A stretch of 64,000 bases of DNA from Mytilus californianus (taxonomy: Eukaryota): positions 70,866,001 to 70,930,000 of the forward strand of contig NW_026262593.1 of the NCBI RefSeq assembly GCF_021869535.1, given 5' to 3'. This document shows, one piece after another, positions 39,990 through 54,200 of the stretch. Position numbers and translations under genes: made by a program. Within the stretch, counting starts at the first letter, position 1. Each line of letters opens with the position of its first letter. Below the pieces are notes generated by a model, which was given only the letters and a program-made list of their open reading frames with translations, was not told the DNA's origin and made no database searches.

Positions 39990-40031
39990 GCGTTCCTGAA
40001 GAAGGTGAGTCCAGAAAAGCGCTTCTGGCGG
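39990..40031 (+). ncRNA. Minimal type I hammerhead-ribozyme-like motif within a dispersed repeat
   Basis: GCGTTC-CTGAAGA-AGGTGAGTCCA-GAAA-AGCGCT-TC-TGGCGG has the CUGANGA and GAAA core, a short stem II (GG/CC), a palindromic stem III and a UC cleavage site. Stem I has mismatches. Confidence 0.5.
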
Positions 40032-40219
40032 ATGAAAATTGTAACGTGTTGTTCTCATTTTTTAACTGAAAATAGTTTTAAAAAATATATTGGAAACTTT
40101 TGAAACGCTTTACTTCTGGATTTATTTGTATCAAGGTCATTAAACCTTCTATGCCTAATTTTTTAATATAAATTCAAAAGTTAATCTTTAACACAATTGC
40201 TCAATTATTTCAATGTACT

Positions 40220-43050
40220 TTATGACCTTCTTTCATCATGTGAGATTCGCGAGAACGCATGTGACATGAATATTGCTGACTGTCAACTATTTCAAACTTT
40301 GGTAGATAGCTATTGATAACCTAATTCACACTATGCGACTTTATCATATATTCACTTTGAATTTATTACTAGTATATAAATCAATGATGACCTTTCGTTT
40401 TTTCCCCTTACATGTGCGGCATGTGATATTGACGAGGATCAGGTGACTTACATAATATCGAGTGTCATATATTTTAAACTTTGATAGATACTATTAATCA
40501 ATATAAATTCTGTAGCTTGCTGTTTCCTCATACTGATGTTATACTGATAACATAATTTATCGCTATTTTGTGTATTTTTCCTTTGATTTTTTTTGGAATA
40601 GTTTTTCATATCATGCTACTCGCTTCAAATAGAAGATTATCGTCCGAAACTGTCGCCCTTCGATGAGATTATAGCTGAGAAAAACCCTCTTGTTTGAAAA
40701 CCATCGATTATCTATAATGAGATCATGTGAAATCATCCTATTTTCACCTTAGATTTATCATTTTTCTCCCTGAGTTCTCCATAACTTTTGGACCCCTGAC
40801 CGTCGTATAATATTTACGAAAATGCATGCGACATTCATATTGCCGTGTAGCATACATTTTAAACTTTGGAAGATAACACTAATCTATTTCTTCACATGCC
40901 TTTGTATCCATGATAACCTGATAACCAATTTTATATGATCATGTGACATCATCATATCTTCACCTTAAATTTATCATATAAATCATTTATCTCTTTTAAA
41001 TACTTCCTTATACTTAATGAACATATGCCCGTCATGTGAGATTCACGAGAATGCAGATGACATTCACATTGCTCAGTGTCATACATTCTAAACTTTGATA
41101 CTCGATATAAAATCCTGTAGGCTGCAGTTTCTTCATAGTTATGATGTAACGATTACATATGTTGCATCATGTGACTTTATCGTATAGTAACCTTATATTA
41201 TTCGTATAAATCATTTATATGGATATAAATCAAATATTTTCGACTTCTGTTGACGTCCTTGTACAGTTAGAATACCGCGAGAAGTAAGTAGACTAATAAT
41301 TCTGATTATTTGTTAAGGAAAAGATTTTGTTTTTGAACAAATAGACCTATAATCGACCTGCATAATTTGTAATCACTTTTATTTCCAGAAGTGAATTGGG
41401 CAGTAGTATACATTCCATAGTATGAAATTTTTATTTAACATAAAATCTAACGGAATAAAGATGACATTTTTTATTGTTTCAAAAAACAAATGTGTTCTCA
41501 AGTTGTTTCATACAAAAGTATGGTAGTTTACACTGAGATGAAGCAACCTGAGCTATTTCTTGGAGGATTTAAATGTCATCAGTCGAATAACAATACATCA
41601 TACAATAAAATATTGAAGCTTTTTAACGGCTATGAAGTGTCACCTAGTCCAATGATTTTTGTTTAACATGTTTGATATATATGCTTCCATTAAATGCACT
41701 TTTCTATTGTAATTGTTATTGATTATCTCTGTCATATGATTGCACACAGTAATCATATTACTTAGAGTCTAATCATTCAAGCAGTAAATATTTACATCAA
41801 TTATCATATTCGTTATTTTGTGATGACCATGTTGTTCACAGACAGTATTGACATCACAAATATTCCCCTAAGTAATACACAAAAAAGGTAATTTCAGAAA
41901 ACAACACGCCCGTCCTTCGCCCTTTTATTTGGTATTAACATGATTAACATATAAAAGTACGGTGAATATTTCCAGTCTTTATACTGCAACTTCTTTTTAT
42001 TTTGCCGTCTTATAGTTTTGGTTAGATACGTTTTGTGCAAGTTACTCTAGTCCGTCATACTTCATTATAATCCTGATATATTTTGTATGCATTATTTGTA
42101 TACATCAACCCTACTGTTAACCTTACGTACAATCAGTTAGATAGTATTACTCTATCGATACTAAATGAACATATGATGGTCAACGAGATTCACAAGGAAA
42201 TACGCAAGTGACAACCTAGTATCTACGATAAATTTGTTCATATTGCTGAGTGTCATTTAAAAAAATAACAATAATCTATTCATTCACATGCCTTCGTATC
42301 CATGATAACCTGATAACCAAATTTACATGATCATGTGATATTATCAAATCTTGACCTTAGATTTATCATATAAATCAATTATTTCTTTCAAATACTTCCT
42401 TATAACTAAAGAACATGTGCCCGTCATGTGAGATTCACGAAATGCAGATGACATTCACATTGCTCAGTGTCATTCATTCTAAACTTTAGTACACTATATA
42501 AATTATTCTGCAGTTTACATGTTGTAATGTACTATCATTTTATATATTTATGTTTTTCTCTGTACTGAGTTTTCTTGCGTTTGTTTGTACTGCATTTTTG
42601 TCATGTAGTGTTGTCAATTTAGTGGTATTTTTACCATTGCCATATAAGCGGGAGATTTGGCTAGCCGTAAAACCAGGTGCAACCCACCATTTGTTTCTTA
42701 AAATGTCCTGTATCGAGTCAGGAATATGTCAGTTGTTATAAAAAAAGTCCGTTTCTATGTATTTTGGCGTTTATTTTTGTGGCAAGCAAGTGTTTCTGTT
42801 GTTCTATTGTTTTCATCTGATAGTTGATGTGTTTCCCTCTGCTTTAGTTTGTAACCCTGTTTTATTTTCGATTAATCGATTTGTGACTATTGAACAACGG
42901 TTTACTACTTTTGCCTTTGTTTATCTTTACATCAATACTAGCAATAACCTATCAATTCTAAAAATTAAGTAAAAAATGCAAAAAATACAGTTTTGCATTG
43001 TTATGATATACTGATAACCTACTTGTGATCATGTGGCACATTATCATATT
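40220..43050. repeat. Diverged satellite-like region with a ~220-bp duplicated block (40880-41100 and 42272-42490)
   Basis: Recurrent TCATGTGA(G/C/T) motif at about 40236, 40723, 40938, 41032, 41166, 42330 and 42423, plus a near-identical block copy. Confidence 0.6.
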
Positions 43051-45129
43051 TTTTTCTCATATATATAATATATCAGTTAAATAGATATAATTAATCAATT
43101 TAAGACTTACTTTAGATATAGGTTATTTCTTTTAAGAAAAAAAATATTATATTATTTAGCCTTATTCTAATAAATAACGTACAATTATAGTTACATTATC
43201 GGCTAAACAATTTAGTCCAAGAATTAGGTCAATACTCGCCATTCAATTCAGGAATCCGAAAATATTAATATTGATGTAATAACTGTACAATACTTAAAAG
43301 ACCAAACAAACTCAAAATGTTGACGGAACAGTATACCGAACGATCTATACTTAAAAACAATCTAAATCTAAAAAAATTACTTAACTTATATTTGTTGCAG
43401 TTGCCATGCTAACGAATTACAAAAAATTCACAACAAAAAAAAAGAGCGCCTCAAAACGACTCAAAAAAATGCATCATAGAAAATATTTTCCTCAAAAGTA
43501 TCAAATACATAAATGTTTGGTCACTTCTAATCAATGTTCCAATAAGTCTGCGACAAAACCGTCCTTTGCGAGACACTTATCATACGACCATGACGTTTCC
43601 AACACCTGTCGCTGATATTTGAATTCGCTGCTATTGTGACATCACTAGCCCTTAGTGAATGTAAACCAATATTCAAATCCCACATATTTCTTTTAAACGA
43701 TTGACGATACATTCTCTAGCCCTAGTATAACTGAGGGAATGTTTTTATATATCAAACTTTAATGTCTGCCAGAAAAAAAAATGGGTCTAAATATGAATTC
43801 ATCAGGCGAAATTATATTAGTTAACCTCAAATACCATTTTATGCAAAAGAAAGGGAAATGCTGCGGATTGACCTTTAGCAATAACTATAAGAGTCAACTA
43901 ATCTGATTTGATCGGTTTTAATCTTTTCTAAACTTATATTTATGTTTTGTGTTAACAATTAATACATTCACTGAAAATTTGTATTGCTGAGTTTGTCTGG
44001 TCGTTCTGCATTGGACTTCCTTGTAGCTGAGATTGACTTCTTTTATCTTTTTCATGATTTTGGTGTTATTATTATGTTGTTCTTTTTTACCCTTCCGTTT
44101 CAGTCGTAATTGTTTGTTGTCAATTCTACGAAACGCAGAAAAAAAGATATATTCAATTGTTTTGTCCATATTGTATACTTTGAAACGCATGCTGGCTCAT
44201 TCTAAGCTTATTCATTTTAAAAGGTAAACTTACATTTGTCCGGAAACTATTTGATATTTCTTTTTCGGCATTAACAAACCCCAACGACCGTTTGTGATGC
44301 ACCTTTTGAAAGTAAAACATCGCCGTTAAAACAAACGTAAAATTTCTGGAAAATTATTTGATAACTTATTTATATTTTGTATGTTGTACTCTTTTATTTA
44401 TTTCCTTCTGTGTGGTGCATCAGGGATTTTGATCCAATTGATTTAGCTTGACCAATACATCTTAAAGATATGACAATTGTACTGAATAATCATAGCTTTT
44501 TCGAAATACAGATTTAATGAAGGCGTTATTCTAAAGAAATCCCCTTTTCAGTATAGTATTATACAGTTGTTGTTCTTAATACGAATTTTAATCATCTAGT
44601 TTGCCTATACATTCTGCTCCATACTTTTATTATAAATTTTGGCTGTTTCGGTGTTATAAACTTTTCAGAGTTTGTTTAATTTTAAACTTTCAAATAGTTT
44701 TGCCACGAACATGTCTGCAGAAAATTACTTGTAGATATGCATATTATTTTATTGCAATTGGCTGTTTGAATTTGTGGAATCATTTCAAATTAAGGAATGT
44801 ATCTCCGTCGTGTAAAGAACTGATTTTTCCGGTTTGACTATATATGTGATACTCTGTTTTTTGGTTTCATCAGCATTTCATGGTTTTTATGTGGTGGATG
44901 ATTTCGGATATGTTGATCTCAGCATCACCAAAGAGACATTCATTGTCGAAATGAGCTTATTTCAACATAATGCATTTGGTATTAGATCAGAATACATAAT
45001 GCAGTCCTGGTCAACATGTAGCTGTAGGCGACCGTTCAGTGTTTAAGCATTCACAAATTCAGAAAGAAGTCATGGGACGACATGGCAAACAAACAGCAGA
45101 CATTTGAGTGCAATAACTTACATATCCTA

Positions 45130-45350
45130 CGGATGCCACATGTGGTGCAGGATCTTCTTACCCTTCCGGAGCACCTTAGATCACCGCAAGTTTTTGGTGG
45201 GGTTCGTGTTGCTTGGTTTTTAGTTTTCTATGTTGTGTTTTGTGTACTATTGTTTTTCTATTGGTCTTTTTTTCTTTTTTTAGCCAAGGCGTTGTCGGTT
45301 TATTTTCGACTTATGAGTTTGAATGTCCCTCTGGCATCTTGCACCTCTCT
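45130..45350 (+). repeat. 3' tail of the Penelope-like repeat family
   Basis: GGATGCCACATGTGGTGCAGGATCTTCTTACCCTTCCGGAGCACC...GGGGTTCGTGTTGCTTGG. Confidence 0.8.
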
Positions 45351-46636
45351 TTTACATCAGGACACATCGAACATTGCAGTTCTCTGAAAATGACAACATC
45401 AGCACATGTATGAATATGTATGTTTGATTTGTTTTATTGACAACATTTGCGTAACGTTTAAAAGTCGTTTTATTTTAACAAACATTCGGCATTTCTGTTG
45501 TAGCCTACTATGTTATCGTTTTTGTTAACTTGTTCCTTTATTCATACAAGGCAGACTTTATGCATGAACCTGTCAAAAAACATTGCCACCATGGCAATAG
45601 GTTTAAAATGATTATTGTGTAAAATCATTCAATTTGTAGTACTTAAAAAAACTTTTGACATGACTAAAATGATTGAAAATAGAAAAAAGAAAATAACAAA
45701 AATTCAAAACGGAAAGTCCTTTATGTATCAAATAGCACAATCAAAAACAGGTATTTCCTTATGTAGAAAAAAGCGTATTTAACCTAGTTCTGTAGCTAGC
45801 TTTAAAATTTCACTCGTATAAAAATCAACTATTCAAATTTTGGAATTTACAATTATCAAATATTTCATTATGGGTTAAAACTAAGTGATGATTTGATAAA
45901 TCTTAACGATATTGGTTAATGTTTAGAAAACAAATACTTCACTCATTTATTTGTATAAGTAATACATTTATATTCTTTATATACAGCTAGGACTTAAAAC
46001 AGACATTACGGAGAACTAGATAATCGAAAATATCTAAAAAAAAATACTGTAGATACATTTGAGTTAGAAAGGCAAATGAAAAACCAGGAAGCATCGAAAA
46101 CTACACTAGAAATAGTCGAATTCTTAAATATTGCACAGCAAAGTATAAAACTATATAATTACTGGAATAACTCAACAGTTAGGGATAACATTACCATGAT
46201 TACCGGATTTGTACAAACAGACAGCGAGGGAGGTAATCATTTATTTGAAAATGATGGAATAAACAAGCGAGATTATCCAAGGAATTTTCAAATGTTTAAA
46301 TATCAGTAGAACAAGGATGACAGTCAAAAATATTAGCATTTTTTTAATTATAGACAAAAACCCTACCTTTCAAGAAATACAATAATGAGGCTAACGAGAC
46401 AACGTGGGGAATTCCTTTGACCGCTTATATCACTGGACAACTCGAATAACATTTTGTTGATCAGTGAATAGTCGAACCAAGTGAAGCAAGTTAGAGCATC
46501 ATTTTATGCTGGAAATTACAAATCACAAAAGAGACAATACACACCATACTTTATGCATGAAACATGAAATTCTAGAATAAGTAGGCAACAAGAAAAATTA
46601 GCATCACATCAAGCGCTTAGAAATAAAATAAACAGG

Positions 46637-46856
46637 ATGGCAACCACACATGTCTCACAGGAAGAAGAAAATTATTTGAGAATGCAATTGTTGTTGAATG
46701 GAATTTCACCGAGGGCTGTACGAGCATTATTCGATAAAGAATTTCATCCTTCTTGCTTAGATGCCTCTGTTAAAAGGGAATATTCAAAATTGAAAGACTT
46801 GAAATTAAAGCGTGTCATTTCTGCAGCTCAATGGAAATTACTGTTTCCCAGTAATG
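46637..46856 (+). CDS. Copy 3 exon 1: HEPN N-terminal part
   Basis: MATTHVSQEEENYLRMQLLLNGISPRAVRALFDKEFHP...QWKLLFPSN, donor GTACGT at 46857. Confidence 0.9.
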
Positions 46857-47736
46857 GTACGTAAAAGATACTTTATTGTGGTTTTATTTTGATTTTTCAT
46901 ATTTCTGATATTAATAAAAGAATATATGTATGTCTTGTAATATTTTGCTGAGACATCTATCTGACATCTAAAAAACAAAGAATCCAGCTGCCATAATACT
47001 CAAACTTGCAACGTGACTTTTTCTATATTGGTAATGTATTTTAATCGAACGAAGAACAGTTTTAACGGACAGAGAATCGATTGGATATTGGTAAAGTTAT
47101 CATTTAGAACTAAAATGCAAAGGCGTTGTTCCGTCCATGTGTCTAAATTTTACATGCAGTCATCTTCTGATGGAATACTTACCATGGAAGAATGCTATCC
47201 GATGCCAGAAATGTGTAAAATAAATATGCTTTCACTATTGTATGCAATCTTTTTGTTTTTATTTTGAGTTTATATTTTCAAAACAGATGAAATATATCAT
47301 GAAAACTTTTAATTTAGTTTTTTTTCCTGATTTGATAAGATAAATTGAAGCCAACGGACTTTCAATGATTTCTTTTATTTAGTCACAGTTTTGAAAGCCT
47401 GAGGACAATGTAGAGCTTGACATAGTGTGCGATCATTTTTCTATTGTTGCAAACGGTTTTTGGTCCTGAAGATTTATTTTGGTTATTTTTTTATGACGTT
47501 TACCTCAAATCTCCTTGTATTCATATCTAGTTAAAAAAACATGAGTCTTTCGTGTTTAAAACATTCTGATTGATCTCACTTCATCCTGTTATGTGTCATC
47601 ATTTAAAATCAATTTATAAATGGTTTTTAATTCATCAAGCATCTGAAATTCATCAACTGAAGTACTAAGATATGTTTAAACCTGTTCATATTGATTTGTA
47701 AATATGAAAACTTGTAGAAACACATTGCATTTACAG

Positions 47737-47966
47737 GTTCACCAATTTCTAAGACGTTTGATGTTACTTTAATGGCAGCATTACTCAGGAACCTAACAAA
47801 CTTATCTCAACATACCGGTGGATACGATCACTTACCACCGAGAACTGATACGACACCAACAGCTGACTTAGCAAGAATCAAATATTACAGAAACCAGCTA
47901 GCTCATTTTGAAGATGGAAAGATCAATTATGTGTCCTTTACTACTGCTTGTGATGATATTAGCGGG
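47737..47966 (+). CDS. Copy 3 exon 2: HEPN core
   Basis: AG at 47735-47736. Encodes GSPISKTFDVTLMAALLRNL...ADLARIKYYRNQLAH...DDISG. The donor position reads ATGAGA where copy 1 has GTAAGA. Confidence 0.9.
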
Positions 47967-50464
47967 ATGAGAACATAATGTATTAGCTTAGGTGAAGATT
48001 ACATTAACACATAGAACTGGTTCGAACATTATAAACGACGTAAATTTTTTTTTTTTACTGCAAAGTATATTGAAAGTATGCAGCGTATTGTGAGAGTAGA
48101 ACAAGTGACTTCAACATTGATTATTGTCACTTATTTGCACTAGCTGTAGATAGCGGTTGAATTAGCAGATATTAATGGAAAATCTTTCCTCTCTTAATAC
48201 ACAGTATTGGTAATGGTGTTTTGTATCCCATCTTCTAATACTTGGTTGTGATTTAGTAATGTTTTTTTTAAGCTTACCAATTTGGTCAAATTACTTGACA
48301 GTCACACATCCTTTTAAGGACAGTATACTAGGTGGCCAGTATTTTAATTTGTGATGTTCAAATAGAGACAACATTACGTTGAAACGTGGTACACACACTT
48401 ACCTAAAGTTGCCCTCATTATATTAAGTATAACCGGCGTTTTAGTCCCTGCCTATATTTTCATGTTATTGGTATAGACCTTAACTCCTTTAACCATTTCT
48501 GGTTACACTTGTATAGTGACACGTGGTATTTTGTTGTACGAAATTCACTTAAAATGAAAAGAATGCGAAAGATGTTATTCATCAATGTTTTTAACTATTT
48601 AATGATATATTACCAAATATTTCAGCTACATTGATTTTTATTAATTTCGTCCTATTCCGACAGGTATGATGCCTCCAAAATTAAAATTAAAAGCTTTATA
48701 CCTTTTTTATTTATATTCAATGAAATACTGGTAAAAGACTGATCATGATTTTACAAGTGTTAACAAATACAACAGGACTTGTTTTGTGTGTCACTTTGAA
48801 AATCGTTATGAATAAAATAAACATGTACATAACTACAAACAGTTTTCCCGAATAACATTGATAGAGCATCTTTTTATGGGTTTTGAATATTTTAAGATAT
48901 ATGCTTATCAGCCTTTTTGTATAATTTATATAAAAAGACACCAGAATAGTATGTTGAAATAAAGCGGACATATTATTTAAGGTGTAATTTTCTGCAATTA
49001 ATTTGGGGGATTTCTTCGAACAGAAAAAAAATGAAAATAAATAGTTCATATTTACACGGATTTACTGAGCATAATTTCTTTTCTGGATACTTTGCTTATT
49101 CGGTTTTCAGATGTTTTCCTTGCAATATACTGGGGTGTGCAGTACGTGTGAGTTCGGTTTTATTGTCAGCATGTAAACATTCATTATGTGTGCACCCTTT
49201 ATACTAACGTGTGGTCTACTGTTGTTCATGGTTCAAACATTGTTCTGGTAACAATGCCATTTTTATAACATTGATTGTATATATCAATAAGAAAAAAAAT
49301 TCATGACATTATTTACAAATTTAGTTGTTTCATTTATGTTTTGGAATTAAGTCCTGTCTCTATATGGTAGAAAATCGAACAAGCCTATCTGTGCCTAGCA
49401 AACTAGATTTCACATGATTGACAGCGATAGTTATAAACAAGATTTATACGATCACTGTCTCATTTGTTTCTTCTTATGTCATTGTGACTAGACATATAAC
49501 GAATTTTCGATATATAAAAACAAGGAGATGTAGGATAATTGGCAATGAGACAACTATCCACTAAAGATAAAATGAAGTTGATGTAAGCAATTAAAGGCAA
49601 CCTTAAGGCCTTCAACATGAGAAAAATTTCATATCAGCCAGTAATAAATGGCACCGACCTGAAAAATGGGTAACAATTTCATTCAGAAAACTTACGGCAT
49701 TGTTTATAACAAAACAATTTCCGAAAAACAAAAATATTTCACACATTCACGGTCTTGTCTGACGTGACTTGTAATATTACAGTACAGATATTGATACTCA
49801 ATTCGCCAGTTCTCGATGAAATGATACTTGTTTTGTCCTTCATTTCTATGAAAGATGACCTGTGATGGGACACTAGGGACACGTCGTTCGAATATTATCG
49901 GCATATAACCGTACATCCAAATGACCTAATTACGGAGCACTGACTCGTTGTTTAGAGTATCAATACCGGTACTAGTATATCAAGACCCATTTTTATCTTT
50001 GATATATCCTCCTTGCTTATTGAGCCTAGAAATATATTCTAAAAAACCATACAGTCTTTTTCGATGATTTGAATTGATAATACATAGTAAAATTTTACTA
50101 CTTTAACTGTGTCTGGAATAGTATCCTAATGTTAAATATTGAGTCCCTTGGTGGTAAATGTATAGATAACTCTGTTTACTCGAGACATTTCGGTCTGTAC
50201 AGTTCAGGGCGTCAAAAAAATGACAGTGTTTAAGCACACATAATGTTTTATTTGCAACACAGTCCATGTAATAAGCTGATATATCCATCATTAAAAAAAA
50301 CTTATGCATATCTTGTTTAATTTACAGCAGAAAGTTTTAATTTAATGAAATAAACGCATTTCAGTTGAACACAAAAACACTCACAAGTCCATTATTATCC
50401 TGTATGTATTGGGTTCTTATTGTCTATCAAAAACTTACAGTGTGTTATTTTTTCAATTTCCTAG

Positions 50465-50561
50465 GCTGTAAAACGACTTGGTGGTCCAAATATGGAGGAG
50501 GAATGTAAAGAGCTAAGAACAAAGCAACTAGACAATTCAACGGTACCTTGGAACATAAGAT
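50465..50561 (+). CDS. Copy 3 exon 3
   Basis: AG at 50463-50464, GTAAGG at 50562. Encodes AVKRLGGPNMEEECKELRTKQLDNSTVPWNIR. Confidence 0.9.
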
Positions 50562-51269
50562 GTAAGGACATACACCTATATTGCGGCAAAATTGTTTTAC
50601 AGGACGCAATGCTCACTTATTTCGACTTGTATCGTATATCTTTTTCTCCAGTTATCCTAGGACCTTTTTGAACCGCTCTTCTCAGAAATGTGTGTGCCAC
50701 TGATCTCTATTACAACATGCAATTTTACTGCAATTTACCATTTAAGTTAGACAGGAAAGATGATTTCCTGATTAACTGAAGTTTAAATCGGATTAGGATC
50801 TCTAAATAGAAACATCATCTGTTCGATGAAACACAAATGAAGTTTGCAGTCCTTTATTTACTTCAATTATATTGATGTGTGGCAAGTTTGTAAGTAAAGG
50901 ATTCAAGTTTTTTTTGATTCAGAAAACAGATAGTTTCCATTTGATATTTATCGCCTGTTTTAATCCTCTCCTATATATAGATATAAGAAATTGTGGTATG
51001 AGTGCCAATGAGACAACTTTCCATCCAAGTCACAATTTGTAAAAAGTAAACCATTTTTCCTACGTGTATGATATAACGGGGAGGCAGATCGACCCTTTTT
51101 GCGATGTTTATTTGTTGTGGTTATTGCTTACATAATAACATGAAACGAACCAATTGTACTGCACCAGACGCGTCTGGTCAATGATGCTAAATAGTAATCA
51201 TTTCTATAAAATAAATTTAATTCTAATTCAATTGACCATTTATTCATTTGTGACTTTTTTATTTTTTAG

Positions 51270-54200
51270 ATAAACACAATAAGATATTGGATCAGTGGCA
51301 GACGAAAGGTATTAATTTTATAGAGACCAGAGCTGCACAATATGTGCTAGAAAGTGTTCATGAAAGTAGTTGCGTAACTATCACAGCTATTTCTGGTGTT
51401 GGAAAGACAGTAACTCTCTGACATGTGGTTTTGAAAATGAAGGATGAAGGGTATGATGCACTACTGGTAACCAATCCACATGACATTGTTAAATTTTACA
51501 ACCCCGATCAGAAGACATTATTTGTTATTGATGACTTTTGTGGAACATATTCTATAAACCAATCTGACCTGAACAGCTGGGAACCGGTAATTAAACTTGT
51601 TGAAGAGATCATTAAAAATAAACTAACAAAAATCATTGTAGCCTGTCGATTACAAGTGTTCAAAGATGAAAAATTTGATTTTTTTAAATTGTTCAGAACC
51701 AACGTTTGTAATTTGTTATCAGATGAGTTGTGCCTGTCACAAACAGAAAAACTATTAATAGCAGAATTATATCTTGAATCAGAAGCATCGGAAATAATCA
51801 AATATTGTGATAGATATGATTGTTTTCCACTTCTGTGCAAATTGAATCATGATAATCCTGAACTTGATAATAGAGATTTCTTCAAAAATCCATTTTCAGT
51901 TTATGAAGCAGAGATAGAACAACTGAGGAAAAACGGACTTTTCAGTAAATACTGTGCCTTGGCATTATGTGTAATGTCTAACAATTGTTTGGTAGAGGGT
52001 GTGTTAACAGATGAGATAGGTACAGCTTTGAAAAATGTTATAGAGAACATATGTGAGGCATGTAAACTAGATAAAGGAACATCAAGGTTAATATTATTGG
52101 ATGAACTTAATTCGCTTGAACGCACATTCATCAAGAAAGAACATGGTGTATACAAAACAATCCATGATAAACTATTTGATTTTTTGTCCTATTATTTTGG
52201 GGAAAAAATGATTAAGTGTGTTATCAAAAATGCAAAAAGTCATTTTATTATGGAAAGATTTTTATTTGAAAAAAGAGACGACATGGACAGCTTCATTACT
52301 ATTGTTCCACCTAAATACCATCAAATGTACATTGAAAGAATGATTGCTGACTGGATTGATTGCAGACTTTTTCCTGTGTTCAATAATAAAAATATGGTCA
52401 TACCAAAGTTTCGACAACTGTTTTTTCGTTATGTGAATGCACTTCATATAGCATTCCAGAGTCAATTAGCACAAACCTATGATATCGATTTCAAAGGTAC
52501 AGTTCTGTTATATTGTAGCTTTAACGGTGATATTCGTTTCACTAAATGGTGTCTATATCATGATGTTGACGTGAACCTCTGTACATACAATGGTGTGAGT
52601 CCTCTACATGCATCATCCCAAGAGGGACATATTGAAATAGCTAAGATTTTATTGAACAACAAGGCAGATACTAATAAGTGCTCAGAAGGTGTAATATGTC
52701 CACTTTTTCTTGCTTGTCAGAACGGATATATAGATATTGTAAATATATTACTTGAAAACAAAGCAGATGTTAATAAGGTTATAAAGACAGGAGAATCTCC
52801 ACTGATTGGGGCTTGTGAGAAGGGATATACAGATATAGTGGAGCTATTATTGAACAACAATGCAGACATTAATAAGTGTGCAGACGGTGGAATACATCCA
52901 CTGTATGTTGCTTGTCAAAACGGACATACTAATATAGTAAATATGTTACTTGACCACAAGGCAGACATTAATAATTTAATAGCTGTAGGATTATCTCCGC
53001 TGTGTATTGCTTGTCAAACAGGACATATAGATATAGTAAACATTTTAGTGGAAAACAATACACACATTAATAAGCATGGAGATGAAGGAGTAACTCCACT
53101 ATTCATTGCTTGTCAAAATGGATTGATAGATATAGTCAGGATTTTACTAGACAACAATGCAGACATTAATGAATGCACAGTTACGGAAACATCTCCCCTG
53201 CTGATTGCTTGTGAGTTTAATCATGAGGATATTGGGAAGTTGTTACTGGACAACAAGGCGGATATCAATAAGTGTCAAGTAACAGGTGAATCTCCACTGA
53301 TTGCGTCTTGTAAAGGAGGATATAAAACTATAGTAAGTATGTTACTTGAGAACAAGGCAGACATAAATAAATGTACAGATGATGGTACATCTGCCTTATT
53401 TATTGCTTGTTTGAATAATCATGAGTTTGTAGTAAGGATGTTACTAGAAAACAAAGCAAACGTTAATATATGTAGACATGACGGAGTATCTCCACTGACT
53501 ATATCTTGTCAAGAAGGGTATAGAAACATAGTTAAATTGTTACTCGATAGCAAGGCAGACATAAATAAGTATACAGATAAAGATATATCTCCACTGTTAT
53601 TTGCTAGTCAGAATAACCATGTTGATATAGCAAAGTTGTTACTGGACAAAAACGCAGATATAAATAAGTGTGCAAATAATGGAACATCTCCACTGATTAT
53701 TGCTAGCCAGAACAATCATTTAGATATAGTAAAGTTGTTACTGGACAACAAGGCAGATATAAATAAGCGTACAGATACAGGAGCATCTTCATTATGTATT
53801 GCTTGTCAAAATGGTCACATAGATATAATACAGCTGATATTGGACAGCAAAGCAGATGTACATAAGTGTAAAGATAATTGGACATCCCATTGTTTCTTGC
53901 TTGTATGAAAAACCATTCAGATATAGTAAAAATGTAAATTGATAACGAAGCAGACATAAATAAGTGTGCAAATGATGGAACATCTCCCTTGTTTGCTGCT
54001 TGTCAGAATGGCAATGTTGATACAGTAGATATTCTATTGAACCACAAGGCAGACATTAATAAGTGTACAGATAATGAAACATCTCCCCTGTGTAGTGCTT
54101 GTCACAACGGTCATGTTGATACAGTAGATATTTTACTTAACCACAAGGCAGACATTAACAAGTGTACAGATAATGGAACATCTCCCCTGTTTATTGCTTG

